Source: a virus | Virus record (IMG/VR): IMGVR_UViG_3300045988_176686 | Length of the DNA stretch: 64,000 bases | Reading direction: 5' to 3' (one strand) | In this document: positions 25,654 through 33,832 of the stretch, in pieces | Numbering within the stretch: position 1 is the first letter of the stretch | Layout: each line of letters opens with the position of its first letter | Notes under the pieces: model-generated | Told to the model about the DNA's origin: nothing | Seen by the model: the letters and a program-made list of their open reading frames with translations, nothing else | The model's database searches: none | Made by a program: the position numbers and the translations under genes

Positions 25654-25857
25654 TCATTGCTTTTCTGAGTTAAGATCTCGGTTCATTTGTTCGTGGAATT
25701 TGTCTAAGTATCGTTCCTTTTCTTTTTCCTTGTCGTAGTCGTGAGCGCAAAGAACAGTTTTAGTATTACCAAAATCGCCTTTTATGTAATGCTCACAATT
25801 AAAGCATACCAAAGAGCCGACTATCGCTTTTACACCATACGGGCAATCATATTCCAT
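25654..25857 (-). CDS. small Cys-rich protein
   Basis: 67 aa; CPYG...CFNCEHY...C pattern suggests a zinc ribbon. Confidence 0.55.
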   Translation of the reverse strand: MEYDCPYGVKAIVGSLVCFNCEHYIKGDFGNTKTVLCAHDYDKEKEKERYLDKFHEQMNRDLNSEKQ

Positions 25858-25970
25858 ACGCTCAAACGTAGATTTTTCAAAACGTGCAATGCGGCTTTCT
25901 GCCCCTTCAAGAAGAAAAGAAAGAGTATAGTACTCCTCGTCCGCTTCGTCAAGTCTTTTGTCGGCACATT

Positions 25971-26603
25971 TTAATTTAGAGTTCGCATATTGAGCTGTTG
26001 GGATAACTCCTCATACTTTTGTTGCAAGTCGTTATATTGCTCCTTAGCTTCGTCGCGTTCTTCGCGGACTACATTTAATTCTTTGCGTTGGAGGTCATGT
26101 TGGTTGAATAACGCTTCATAAAGTTTTTGTCCATGGTCGTATTGCTTTTTACAGAAATCACGATCGCGTTCCAACTCCTCCAACTTGTCAAGAGCTTCGG
26201 TCAAGTCGCTCACTGTGTGGTAGGAATTAATTCGCTTTACTAAGCGGTTGTAATCGTCCATAAGGTGTTTTACCCGTCCAACAAGTTCGTTGTTCTCTTG
26301 CTTTAGGTCGCCCATCATGGTAGCAAGAGCAATAAAACGTTTGCTTGCAGCTTCGGCATTTGTGCCGTAAAAATCTGCGAGTTTGCTATCCATATATTGG
26401 CGTTGCTCTTCGGTGGCAGGTTCGTAATGATCGGCAGTTAATTTACTACTATCTGGATTGAGAAAAACATGGAAGCACTTCGCCATGTCAGTGTAAGCCG
26501 AACGCAGAATAAGACCATCGGGTGTTACCTCGGCTACCTTATTGATCATGCCGTCTTCGGTGCGAACAATTACGTCGCCTGTTTTAATGTCTTCGATTTT
26601 CAT
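25971..26603 (-). CDS. coiled-coil hypothetical protein
   Basis: 210 aa; C-terminal 120 aa heptad-rich. Confidence 0.65.
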   Translation of the reverse strand: MKIEDIKTGDVIVRTEDGMINKVAEVTPDGLILRSAYTDMAKCFHVFLNPDSSKLTADHYEPATEEQRQYMDSKLADFYGTNAEAASKRFIALATMMGDLKQENNELVGRVKHLMDDYNRLVKRINSYHTVSDLTEALDKLEELERDRDFCKKQYDHGQKLYEALFNQHDLQRKELNVVREERDEAKEQYNDLQQKYEELSQQLNMRTLN

Positions 26604-26616
26604 TGTGAGTTATTTT

Positions 26617-26877
26617 TTAAAATTTAGTGTTTACGGTGGTGCCTTGCACTTTCTGCAAATCGGCAACGCGGGGAAGTCCTCTATCCAACTTCCGCTTCAG
26701 CCACACCTTGCGGTTGTAGCCATCCTCAATGTACACCACTTCCCATCCATGCTTTCCCTCTGCATTGAGTTTAGGCATAGGGTCTTCGTCGTTATAGATG
26801 ATGATAGATTTATATTCGAATGTGTGCATTTGTGGGTCTATTTCTATTATGTGAGGATAGTTGCTTTTTTGTTTCAT
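26617..26877 (-). CDS. hypothetical protein
   Basis: 86-aa ORF, ATG start, tight spacing. Confidence 0.6.
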   Translation of the reverse strand: MKQKSNYPHIIEIDPQMHTFEYKSIIIYNDEDPMPKLNAEGKHGWEVVYIEDGYNRKVWLKRKLDRGLPRVADLQKVQGTTVNTKF

Positions 26878-27249
26878 TTAAGAATGTTGCAAATCTAAGT
26901 AAGCTTGATATTCGGCATCGGCTTCTAAACTCATACAAGTAAAAACACGTCCTAAGATATAATGATTGATGGGGGTGGATAGTGGCGGAACGGGTGTGCG
27001 CTCTTTATGCCAGCTAATGGGAGTGTCATTTTCTCCGTCTTTGTCGTTACCATATTTTAGAAGGTGTATCAACTGCTTCTGCATGTAGTACGAAATTTCG
27101 TGGAAGGGTTCTTGTGTGGTATAACCATTCACCACATATCCACCTGCACAAAGTTGATAGCTCGCTCCATCCAGTTTGTGCTTATACAAGCGAATGCCTG
27201 CTTTTGCGCATAATGAGCGAAGTGTTTTTTTTGTTTGATATTTGCCCAT
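26878..27249 (-). CDS. hypothetical protein
   Basis: 123-aa ORF abutting next gene. Confidence 0.6.
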   Translation of the reverse strand: MGKYQTKKTLRSLCAKAGIRLYKHKLDGASYQLCAGGYVVNGYTTQEPFHEISYYMQKQLIHLLKYGNDKDGENDTPISWHKERTPVPPLSTPINHYILGRVFTCMSLEADAEYQAYLDLQHS

Positions 27250-27251
27250 AT

Positions 27252-27425
27252 TTATTCAAATTCATACACCACATAGGGTGTAGTGTTGCCTAATCCGTCC
27301 TCTTGGCAGGTGTGTGCACCACCCGTGGCTTGGGTTATGGCGTTGCTCACATCTGTCTTTTCGGGTCGCGACACAACTTTGCCGTCGCGGTCGCGGATCC
27401 AGCCAATGTATGTGCGTTTAGTCAT
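27252..27425 (-). CDS. small hypothetical protein
   Basis: 57 aa (MTKRTYIGWIRDRDGKVV...), below track cutoff; start overlaps upstream small ORF, stop 2 nt before next gene. Confidence 0.4.
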   Translation of the reverse strand: MTKRTYIGWIRDRDGKVVSRPEKTDVSNAITQATGGAHTCQEDGLGNTTPYVVYEFE

Positions 27426-27567
27426 AAGTGAGAAGTTTCATTGTGTGTTGCCCATGCTCATCATACAAACCTGCCCAAGCCTCGTAGCGTGAGGAGAGTG
27501 CGCTGGAAAAACCGTTCAAACGAGGAAATAGCTGAGCATCTGCATTGAAAGGTTGTTGGTTAATCAT
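27418..27567 (-). CDS. small hypothetical protein
   Basis: 49 aa (MINQQPFNADAQLF...), overlaps both neighbours by 8 nt. Confidence 0.3.
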   Translation of the reverse strand: MINQQPFNADAQLFPRLNGFSSALSSRYEAWAGLYDEHGQHTMKLLTYD

Positions 27568-27838
27568 ATTCTTTATAATCGCGTCCGTATTTAGCATAAT
27601 AATATTTGCGATTGTTTAGCCAATATCTATGCCAAACATTGCGTTCATATTCTTCTACGCTCATGCCTTGCTTGTAAATACCACTATAAAGTTTGTAGCA
27701 TTCTGATGTGCGATAACCAAACGAAACAGAAGAAACAGACTTACGCGATATTGTAAAATCGTTTTCAGTAGTAATACTCGTAATATGGGCGCACCCCTTT
27801 GCTATACTCCGTATCTTTCGCAATAGTTTACATTTCAT
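27560..27838 (-). CDS. hypothetical protein
   Basis: 92-aa basic ORF. Confidence 0.55.
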   Translation of the reverse strand: MKCKLLRKIRSIAKGCAHITSITTENDFTISRKSVSSVSFGYRTSECYKLYSGIYKQGMSVEEYERNVWHRYWLNNRKYYYAKYGRDYKEYD

Positions 27839-27934
27839 AAGCTACATTCTTTTTAATCATATTCAATCATCACCGCTGTAGCATCAAACCCATCATTACC
27901 CGTAGTAAAAATGGTCAGTAACTGGGTCACTCAC

Positions 27935-28171
27935 TTAAAACTTGCTCCAATCACGTTGGTCTTTGGATGGGAAAAGCATACATTCAGTATCGGAATAATC
28001 GCAGAAAAGCATACCATCTCTTGTAAAAAAAGCATAAAATCCATTTTTTGTTATACAAGTAATAGGATACTCTTCATTATAATCAACTTTTGTCAGTTCC
28101 ACTTCGCCATAAACAGGACTATAAAGCTTTGTCCACTTTGGGCACTTTCTCAATATTTCTGCAATATTCAT
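27935..28171 (-). CDS. hypothetical protein (family with 22420-23216)
   Basis: 78 aa; NIAEILRKCPKWTKLYSP and ECMLFPSKDQRDWSKF shared with paralog. Confidence 0.6.
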   Translation of the reverse strand: MNIAEILRKCPKWTKLYSPVYGEVELTKVDYNEEYPITCITKNGFYAFFTRDGMLFCDYSDTECMLFPSKDQRDWSKF

Positions 28172-28767
28172 TGTTTCTTGTTTTTATTGTAAGACCTTAG
28201 CCATTTATGTTTTCTAATCCAATTCATAAGCCACCGCTTTTGCTTTTCGGTAGCAGGATAGCAACTTGTTATGAATCCGTAATGACAAGTGTACGGTTCA
28301 TCTTGTAGTCGTCCACGAGCATTGTCAGCATAGGCTTCATAATAAACTTCTCCTTCTGCACCAATGTGATGAATTAAGACGAGAGAGTCGTCTGACGCAT
28401 GAACAATGTCTCCACGATTTACCATGTTGGCTTCAAGCTTAAAACAAAACTGCCTACGAAGAAAATAATCTTGCTTGATATATGCTTCCATTTCCTCTTT
28501 AGTGTGCTCGCCTTCCCAAAGGAAATCAGTGTGACAACCACTGCGTGCATCATCAACCGACCAAGGAACTGCATACACAGACCACTCAGAACCGAATAAT
28601 TTTGCTTGGCTATAAGTGCCATATTTTCTTATCCAAATAAGCATAGCACCATCGAAACGCGCCCAATCGTCACTTTTCACATCTGGCAAATCTGAATTGA
28701 TAGGAAGAGCATAATGCCCAGCACAACCATTCGTTCCGAAATAGAACATTCGTTGTTTCTTTTCCAT
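28168..28767 (-). CDS. hypothetical protein (C-terminal domain shared with 20929-21546)
   Basis: 199 aa; see 20929-21546. Confidence 0.65.
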   Translation of the reverse strand: MEKKQRMFYFGTNGCAGHYALPINSDLPDVKSDDWARFDGAMLIWIRKYGTYSQAKLFGSEWSVYAVPWSVDDARSGCHTDFLWEGEHTKEEMEAYIKQDYFLRRQFCFKLEANMVNRGDIVHASDDSLVLIHHIGAEGEVYYEAYADNARGRLQDEPYTCHYGFITSCYPATEKQKRWLMNWIRKHKWLRSYNKNKKQ

Positions 28768-28783
28768 ATTGTTTTTAGCTATG

Positions 28784-29557
28784 TTACGCTTTTACTTTAA
28801 TTCCGTAATATTGAAAGAACAAATCTTCAAATTGTTTTGCTGCATATAGTGCTGCTTTCCGACTGTTAAAGCGAAGTGGGAAACCGCCATCCGTGAAAAT
28901 TAACCCAGAACGAGTACACACCCCCGCACAGCGTACACCCGAAACACCCGTATCAGGCGCAACAACACAAGAGATGATGGGCCTAATACCCAGACTCTGC
29001 TTTTCCTCCTCACTCAGGCACGCAATATCTTCCTTGGTGTAGAACATCCAATATGGGGGTATGAGTTCTTCGTAGCTCTTTGTAGTACCTATCAAACGCT
29101 GGGTAACTTTTGAGATGGGGAGAAATTGCTTCCAAAAGTGTGTGTCTCCTCCCTCACTGAAAAATACCACTTTATCAACTACATTCCTTCCAGCACATAC
29201 CAAAACGCCCCATATATCATCATCATCATCTCTCACCAAACACGGTTGCCACTTGTCCGGCTCAAAGTTGGAGTAGTCCTCGTAGTAGGTTGGAATTTCG
29301 ATGTGGAGGTTATATATGTCTCGATCCTCTCTAAATATTTCTTTGCCATCGGTGTTAAAACACAGTACAACTTCGTAATCGCCATGTTCAACAAGAACTG
29401 CAAGGTCTTTTTTGCCTACGAGATATTTAAAATCGAAGCAAACAATTCTTGCCTTTAGCCCGTTCCTCGTTACAATTTGTCCTTCCACTTCCTTGTTGGT
29501 TATCTTCTTTGCCAACGCAAGGTTGAAGGGGATTCTCTTAAAACTTGTTTGTGCCAT
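28784..29557 (-). CDS. hypothetical protein (paralog of 23417-23953 with an 80-aa C-terminal extension)
   Basis: 257 aa; N-terminal 170 aa align to 23417-23953 product. Confidence 0.65.
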   Translation of the reverse strand: MAQTSFKRIPFNLALAKKITNKEVEGQIVTRNGLKARIVCFDFKYLVGKKDLAVLVEHGDYEVVLCFNTDGKEIFREDRDIYNLHIEIPTYYEDYSNFEPDKWQPCLVRDDDDDIWGVLVCAGRNVVDKVVFFSEGGDTHFWKQFLPISKVTQRLIGTTKSYEELIPPYWMFYTKEDIACLSEEEKQSLGIRPIISCVVAPDTGVSGVRCAGVCTRSGLIFTDGGFPLRFNSRKAALYAAKQFEDLFFQYYGIKVKA

Positions 29558-29576
29558 TGTCTTATCTGTTTAAGCA

Positions 29577-30002
29577 TTAGGATTGTTCTTCTTCGTTATC
29601 GTCATCAGAAGCTGTATCACTGCTTTTTGTGAGAAATTCTGCCAAATCGGCATCTTTCTTTTCGACGGCTTGTTTAAAGTAGTTCATAAACATCTCGTTC
29701 TTTGTAAATTCTGAAAGGTCTTTGTCGTCCTTCAACTTTTGATAAGTGGGTTCGCTCTGCATGAGTCTGTCGATGTGCCCAGCTACCTTTTTAATGGCTA
29801 AAGCAAACTGCGGACTGTCGAGCGTTAGAATGCCAAACATCACAATCAGGTCTAACAGCGAACAATTACACATGGCTTGAATACCACTTCCGTTGGCTGC
29901 TATAAGAAGGTGGCGATGCTTCGCTTCGTTGGCATTTTCCCATTTTTTTAAGTTTTTGAGGACGGCTTCCATCAATTCGTCTTTTTCTTTTTTTGTTTCC
30001 AT
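29577..30002 (-). CDS. hypothetical protein, acidic tail
   Basis: 141-aa ORF. Confidence 0.6.
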   Translation of the reverse strand: METKKEKDELMEAVLKNLKKWENANEAKHRHLLIAANGSGIQAMCNCSLLDLIVMFGILTLDSPQFALAIKKVAGHIDRLMQSEPTYQKLKDDKDLSEFTKNEMFMNYFKQAVEKKDADLAEFLTKSSDTASDDDNEEEQS

Positions 30003-30050
30003 TTTTTGTTGTTATTGTTAGTTGTATATCATTAAGTGTAAATCTTTTGC

Positions 30051-30554
30051 TTATTCTGACTGAAAATACTCTCTGTATTGTTCCCATCCTGGTTCGTTGA
30101 TATTGCCAACAACCTCGAATTTCTTCATTTTCTGTCGCGAGACATCATCAAGAATGCCGTCCGAAATACCATTCACATCTGATTTCGGGTTCTTTGCCGT
30201 TGCTATAGCGAAGCATGCTCCCTCCTCGCAATAATACACTACGGCATAGTAGTTATCGCGCTTGTTGTCTTTGAGGCAACTGTACGGATATTCGTCCGAG
30301 CGCAACACGTCACCCTCATAAATTTCATTGCCGTTCTTGTCAAAAAAGCCAGTGAACTGACAGATGGTATCAGGATCTACGCTGAAATAATTGAACACTT
30401 TGTCGTGGTCGTGTTCAAAAATTCGTTCCGTTCCATCGGGAGATGTAAGAAGCGAGCCACATGCAATTTTTCCATCAAATTTAGGGTCAATGCACTGGCC
30501 TTTGAATTTAATTGCTCTCATTGTTTTGTTTCTTTTAAAAGATTGTGGAATCAT
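30051..30554 (-). CDS. YopX-domain protein
   Basis: 167 aa; ICQFTGFFDKNGNEIYEGDVL and FEVVGNINE fit the YopX family. Confidence 0.75.
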   Translation of the reverse strand: MIPQSFKRNKTMRAIKFKGQCIDPKFDGKIACGSLLTSPDGTERIFEHDHDKVFNYFSVDPDTICQFTGFFDKNGNEIYEGDVLRSDEYPYSCLKDNKRDNYYAVVYYCEEGACFAIATAKNPKSDVNGISDGILDDVSRQKMKKFEVVGNINEPGWEQYREYFQSE

Positions 30555-31294
30555 TCATCTATTTCGTCTACTCCATAAGCAATCGGGAGTTCGCGAATAG
30601 TTTCTGAGCCGTAGCTATCCTTTGTAAGACGAACGAACTCGCGGACGGTGGTGCTATCATCAAGGTTGATGCCCTTATCCTTGCAGAAACTCTCTCTGCC
30701 CATTCGGCATGAGCCAGTGAGAACGTGATGATAAGTGAAAAGGTCTCGATTGGAATAGGGCGTGTCGTAATTGGGGAACTTTTTGAGGAATGCTTCTATT
30801 CGCTCTTCTTCGGTGCTGCCGTCGTAGAGTTTTTCTTGCAGGGCAGCGAAGGCATCGTGCAAAGTTTCGCCATGCGCAAACTTATTCTGTTCCTTGACAA
30901 TGTAGCAAGGATGCAAGGTAAGGTCGCTGTGTAGCATAAAACCTTGTGCAATGTTGTCGTGAACTGATGTGATAATCGTTGGAATGTAATCTACGGAATA
31001 AACCTTGTTTCCATTCAGTTCCTTTATGTAACAGCCTGTGATAGAGCCATATCCACAACCCTCGCCATATTCAGATCCGTAACCAGCGCCATAACCATCG
31101 CCTTCGCCATCGCCATAGGAGTCGCAATTACCAGAGACACCGCCACAACAAACACTGTTGCCACGAGAAACGGCAGAGCCACATCCAGAACCAAAGCCTT
31201 CGCCATAACCAAATCCACCACCAGAGCCACGACCAAAACCATCGCCATAGGTTTTGCTCAGAAATGCTTTGATGCGAATATCTAAAGTTTCCAT
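30551..31294 (-). CDS. glycine-rich repeat protein with conserved C-terminal domain
   Basis: 247 aa; res 17-85 are G-x-G/GYG repeats with Cys; C-terminal half has AHGETLHDAFAALQEKL. Confidence 0.65.
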   Translation of the reverse strand: METLDIRIKAFLSKTYGDGFGRGSGGGFGYGEGFGSGCGSAVSRGNSVCCGGVSGNCDSYGDGEGDGYGAGYGSEYGEGCGYGSITGCYIKELNGNKVYSVDYIPTIITSVHDNIAQGFMLHSDLTLHPCYIVKEQNKFAHGETLHDAFAALQEKLYDGSTEEERIEAFLKKFPNYDTPYSNRDLFTYHHVLTGSCRMGRESFCKDKGINLDDSTTVREFVRLTKDSYGSETIRELPIAYGVDEIDE

Positions 31295-31578
31295 TCCTCC
31301 ACTCCTTCTATTGATTTGATTGCTTTGTCAGTACATGGAATGATTTCTATTGCATCAAGAATGGTAATGCTTTTTACCCTGACGGTAAACTTGCATTCGT
31401 CAGGTTTCGACGTGCCATCTGTGGCGAGCTGAGAGAGGGTCGCTGCTCCAGACCAAGACCAAATGCGACGTGCGTTATAAAGCGTAACTTCACTGCCGTT
31501 GTGTTCTGCAAGTGTTCCAAACTCTACTCCGCTGCGGTCGCCACGGATAATTACTTTTTTTCCAATGTTTAAATCCAT
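31282..31578 (-). CDS. hypothetical protein
   Basis: 98 aa; GDRSGVEFGTL...NARRIWSWSGAATLSQLA, a pattern common in phage genomes. Confidence 0.6.
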   Translation of the reverse strand: MDLNIGKKVIIRGDRSGVEFGTLAEHNGSEVTLYNARRIWSWSGAATLSQLATDGTSKPDECKFTVRVKSITILDAIEIIPCTDKAIKSIEGVEEWKL

Positions 31579-31685
31579 AATTCTAACTACTTTAGTATGT
31601 TAGGGTTGATAACTGTTTTTTTTATTGATTATGGAATAGCGTTGCGCTGCTATGAGAGCAACACTATGAATGTTAAGTGCAAATG

Positions 31686-32999
31686 TTAGTCGTGATTAGA
31701 CTTGCGTTCCATGTTCTCTTTGAACAAATCTGCAAAGCCGTACCAAAAATAATTCATCCACTTGGGCGACTGCTTGAACTGCTCGTACATTATCTTTACT
31801 GATAGCATCTTCAAATGCTTCTCGCAATCTGTTATACTCTTGTGCCATCCGTCCCATTTCTTCATTTCTATCTGAAGCACTGTCTTTAGGAACATTGCAG
31901 CCTCGTGAGTAGGTGGAAGGTCGAACTGAAGGAAAAGTGCGGTGTCGGTATCATTGGCTTGCAAAAACTTTCGCACGGCATCATCTTTCAGAAAATAGCG
32001 TTCTGACACTTCCTCGTCTAACACATCCTCCAATCGCATCTGCAAGGGAAAGGCTTCGGGAAACTGATAGTCGAAAGCTACATCTTTGCGCATGGATAGG
32101 CAGAACACGCGGTCGCGGTTTTGCGGCACACCATAGTCCTTGGCATTGAGACGTGCCCAGCGGTTAACGTAGCCCAGACTTTCGAGTTTGGCGAGCCACA
32201 GCTTAAAATCGGGCATGAACTTTTCGCTTACCAAAGCTGCCACATTCTCTTGAAGCAGATATTTGGGTTTTAACACCGCCACGGCATCGGCTACGTGCCA
32301 AAGCAAGGCGGAACGTGTGTCACTACCCTCTTTCAGTCCCATTTGCTTTCCGGCTTGGCTGATGTCTTGGCATGGGGAAGAGTAAGTAAACAAGTCTACT
32401 TCGCGACCTTGCAGCGACTGCTTTACCTTGTGCCAATCTATTTTCGTAATGTCGCCTAACGCACGGACGGCATATTGCGGAAAAACGATGTTGTGCATTT
32501 GACAAGCATATTTGTCGATGTCGCTCCAACCCATGCACGTCCACCGAAAGTTGGGATGATCCTCGCGTAAAGCATCGGCTGCCATGAGTTGGGAATCGTA
32601 CCCACTAAAGGTGGTAATGATTACTTTTTCGCCTTCGTTTGTATCGACAGGCATAGAAGGCAAAGCGTCTTCAGGAAAGAAAGCATCGAACATGGATAGC
32701 TGCGCTTGTGGTTTGGGCGGTTTGGGGTACCACAGTTGGGAGTAGACGTGTTTTAAAACGTCAACACAAATACTATTTCCAGCTTGCTTGTATTGCTGAC
32801 TCACCGACACCGCCATGTCGGTGGGTTTGCCTTTGCCCTCAGTGCCAGGCATGCGCTCTGCTGCTTGGGCATTGGTGATTTGCATCACGTTAATCACGTC
32901 CTGACGCACACCCATCAAACGGAAGCATTCGGGGGGGGTAAGTTTTCGGATGGCATAACTCTTAATGGTGTGGTCGGTGAAGTTGAGTTTCGTTATCAT
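31686..32999 (-). CDS. C5-cytosine DNA methyltransferase, circularly permuted motif order
   Basis: 437 aa; IX RKLTPPECFRLMG (18-30), X YKQAGNSICVDVL (70-82), I TTFSGYDSQ (129-137), IV SSPCQDIS (207-214), VI QENV (250-253), VIII QNRDRVF (293-299). Confidence 0.85.
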   Translation of the reverse strand: MITKLNFTDHTIKSYAIRKLTPPECFRLMGVRQDVINVMQITNAQAAERMPGTEGKGKPTDMAVSVSQQYKQAGNSICVDVLKHVYSQLWYPKPPKPQAQLSMFDAFFPEDALPSMPVDTNEGEKVIITTFSGYDSQLMAADALREDHPNFRWTCMGWSDIDKYACQMHNIVFPQYAVRALGDITKIDWHKVKQSLQGREVDLFTYSSPCQDISQAGKQMGLKEGSDTRSALLWHVADAVAVLKPKYLLQENVAALVSEKFMPDFKLWLAKLESLGYVNRWARLNAKDYGVPQNRDRVFCLSMRKDVAFDYQFPEAFPLQMRLEDVLDEEVSERYFLKDDAVRKFLQANDTDTALFLQFDLPPTHEAAMFLKTVLQIEMKKWDGWHKSITDCEKHLKMLSVKIMYEQFKQSPKWMNYFWYGFADLFKENMERKSNHD

Positions 33000-33343
33000 T
33001 GGTTCTTGGGGGTTGAGGGTTTCGGCTTATCGGCAATCATGCTAAATCGGCAACCTTTTAACCACGATTTAAGATTGATGTTGCCTTTAATTTCGCCATA
33101 CTTGATGTTGGCGTCGCGCCATTCGACATACTCATCATAGGTGAGGTTGGCTTGAAGAACGAGTACCATTTCTTCGGGGGTGAGGAAGTCGGTATCTTCA
33201 AAATCGCACAAACCGCCAATTTCGTTGGCTACCCAATAGGGGTCGCGTAGGCTCTCGAACAACTGCACGTTCACAGCATTTGCAAGAGCATTGCATGCAG
33301 CGTAGAACTGCTGAATAAGTCGGGCGTTTTTAGATGGGTTCAT
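32996..33343 (-). CDS. hypothetical protein
   Basis: 115 aa; stop overlaps methylase start (ATGA). Confidence 0.6.
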   Translation of the reverse strand: MNPSKNARLIQQFYAACNALANAVNVQLFESLRDPYWVANEIGGLCDFEDTDFLTPEEMVLVLQANLTYDEYVEWRDANIKYGEIKGNINLKSWLKGCRFSMIADKPKPSTPKNQ

Positions 33344-33356
33344 AAGAGTTGTAGGG

Positions 33357-33602
33357 TTAAATGAAACGTGCGCCAGGGGTTTCCATATCGTCCATGGTTT
33401 TTACCTTGTGCCACTTTTTGCGCTTCACAGGTTTAAACACCTGCGCAATAGAAAGGAACGCATGGCAAGCAAGGGCAAAGGGACTCACGGTGCCTTTATA
33501 ATGAATGGACGACGGCTCGCGGCATCCGTTACTGATGCAGTTGTAAAAAACACAACGCCCGCAAGTTGGGGGGGGGTATAAATTTTCATATTTCACTTTC
33601 AA
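33357..33602 (-). CDS. small Cys-rich protein
   Basis: 81 aa; CGRCVFYNCISNGC; C9 run encodes YPPP at codons 9-12. Confidence 0.5.
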   Translation of the reverse strand: MKVKYENLYPPPTCGRCVFYNCISNGCREPSSIHYKGTVSPFALACHAFLSIAQVFKPVKRKKWHKVKTMDDMETPGARFI

Positions 33603-33828
33603 TTCTCATTGTGATATGGACTATAGACGTTTCGAGACTTTTAAACGCACGGTCTAACTCTGCAAAGAACCATTCGCCTAACATGCGTTTTATGCTTTCT
33701 TTGTCGTTGGGGCCTGACCCTACAACGGCTGCTTCTTTAGTGAGTATGTTTGTATCTCCGAGTACGATGCCATTGTCAATTTCCTCGGCAGTCCATTCTA
33801 CTTCAACAATTTCGTTTGAATCTTCCAT
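33586..33828 (-). CDS. hypothetical acidic protein
   Basis: 80-aa ORF. Confidence 0.55.
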   Translation of the reverse strand: MEDSNEIVEVEWTAEEIDNGIVLGDTNILTKEAAVVGSGPNDKESIKRMLGEWFFAELDRAFKSLETSIVHITMRIESEI

Positions 33829-33832
33829 AATG

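Noticed and set aside
25858-25990. Possible programmed -1 frameshift joining ORF 25971-26603 to ORF 25654-25857 (the frame of the latter is open for 38 codons upstream of its ATG)
   Set aside because: No X_XXY_YYZ slippery heptamer and no downstream structure lie in the overlap. A 38-codon open stretch can occur by chance, so the ATG at 25857 was kept.
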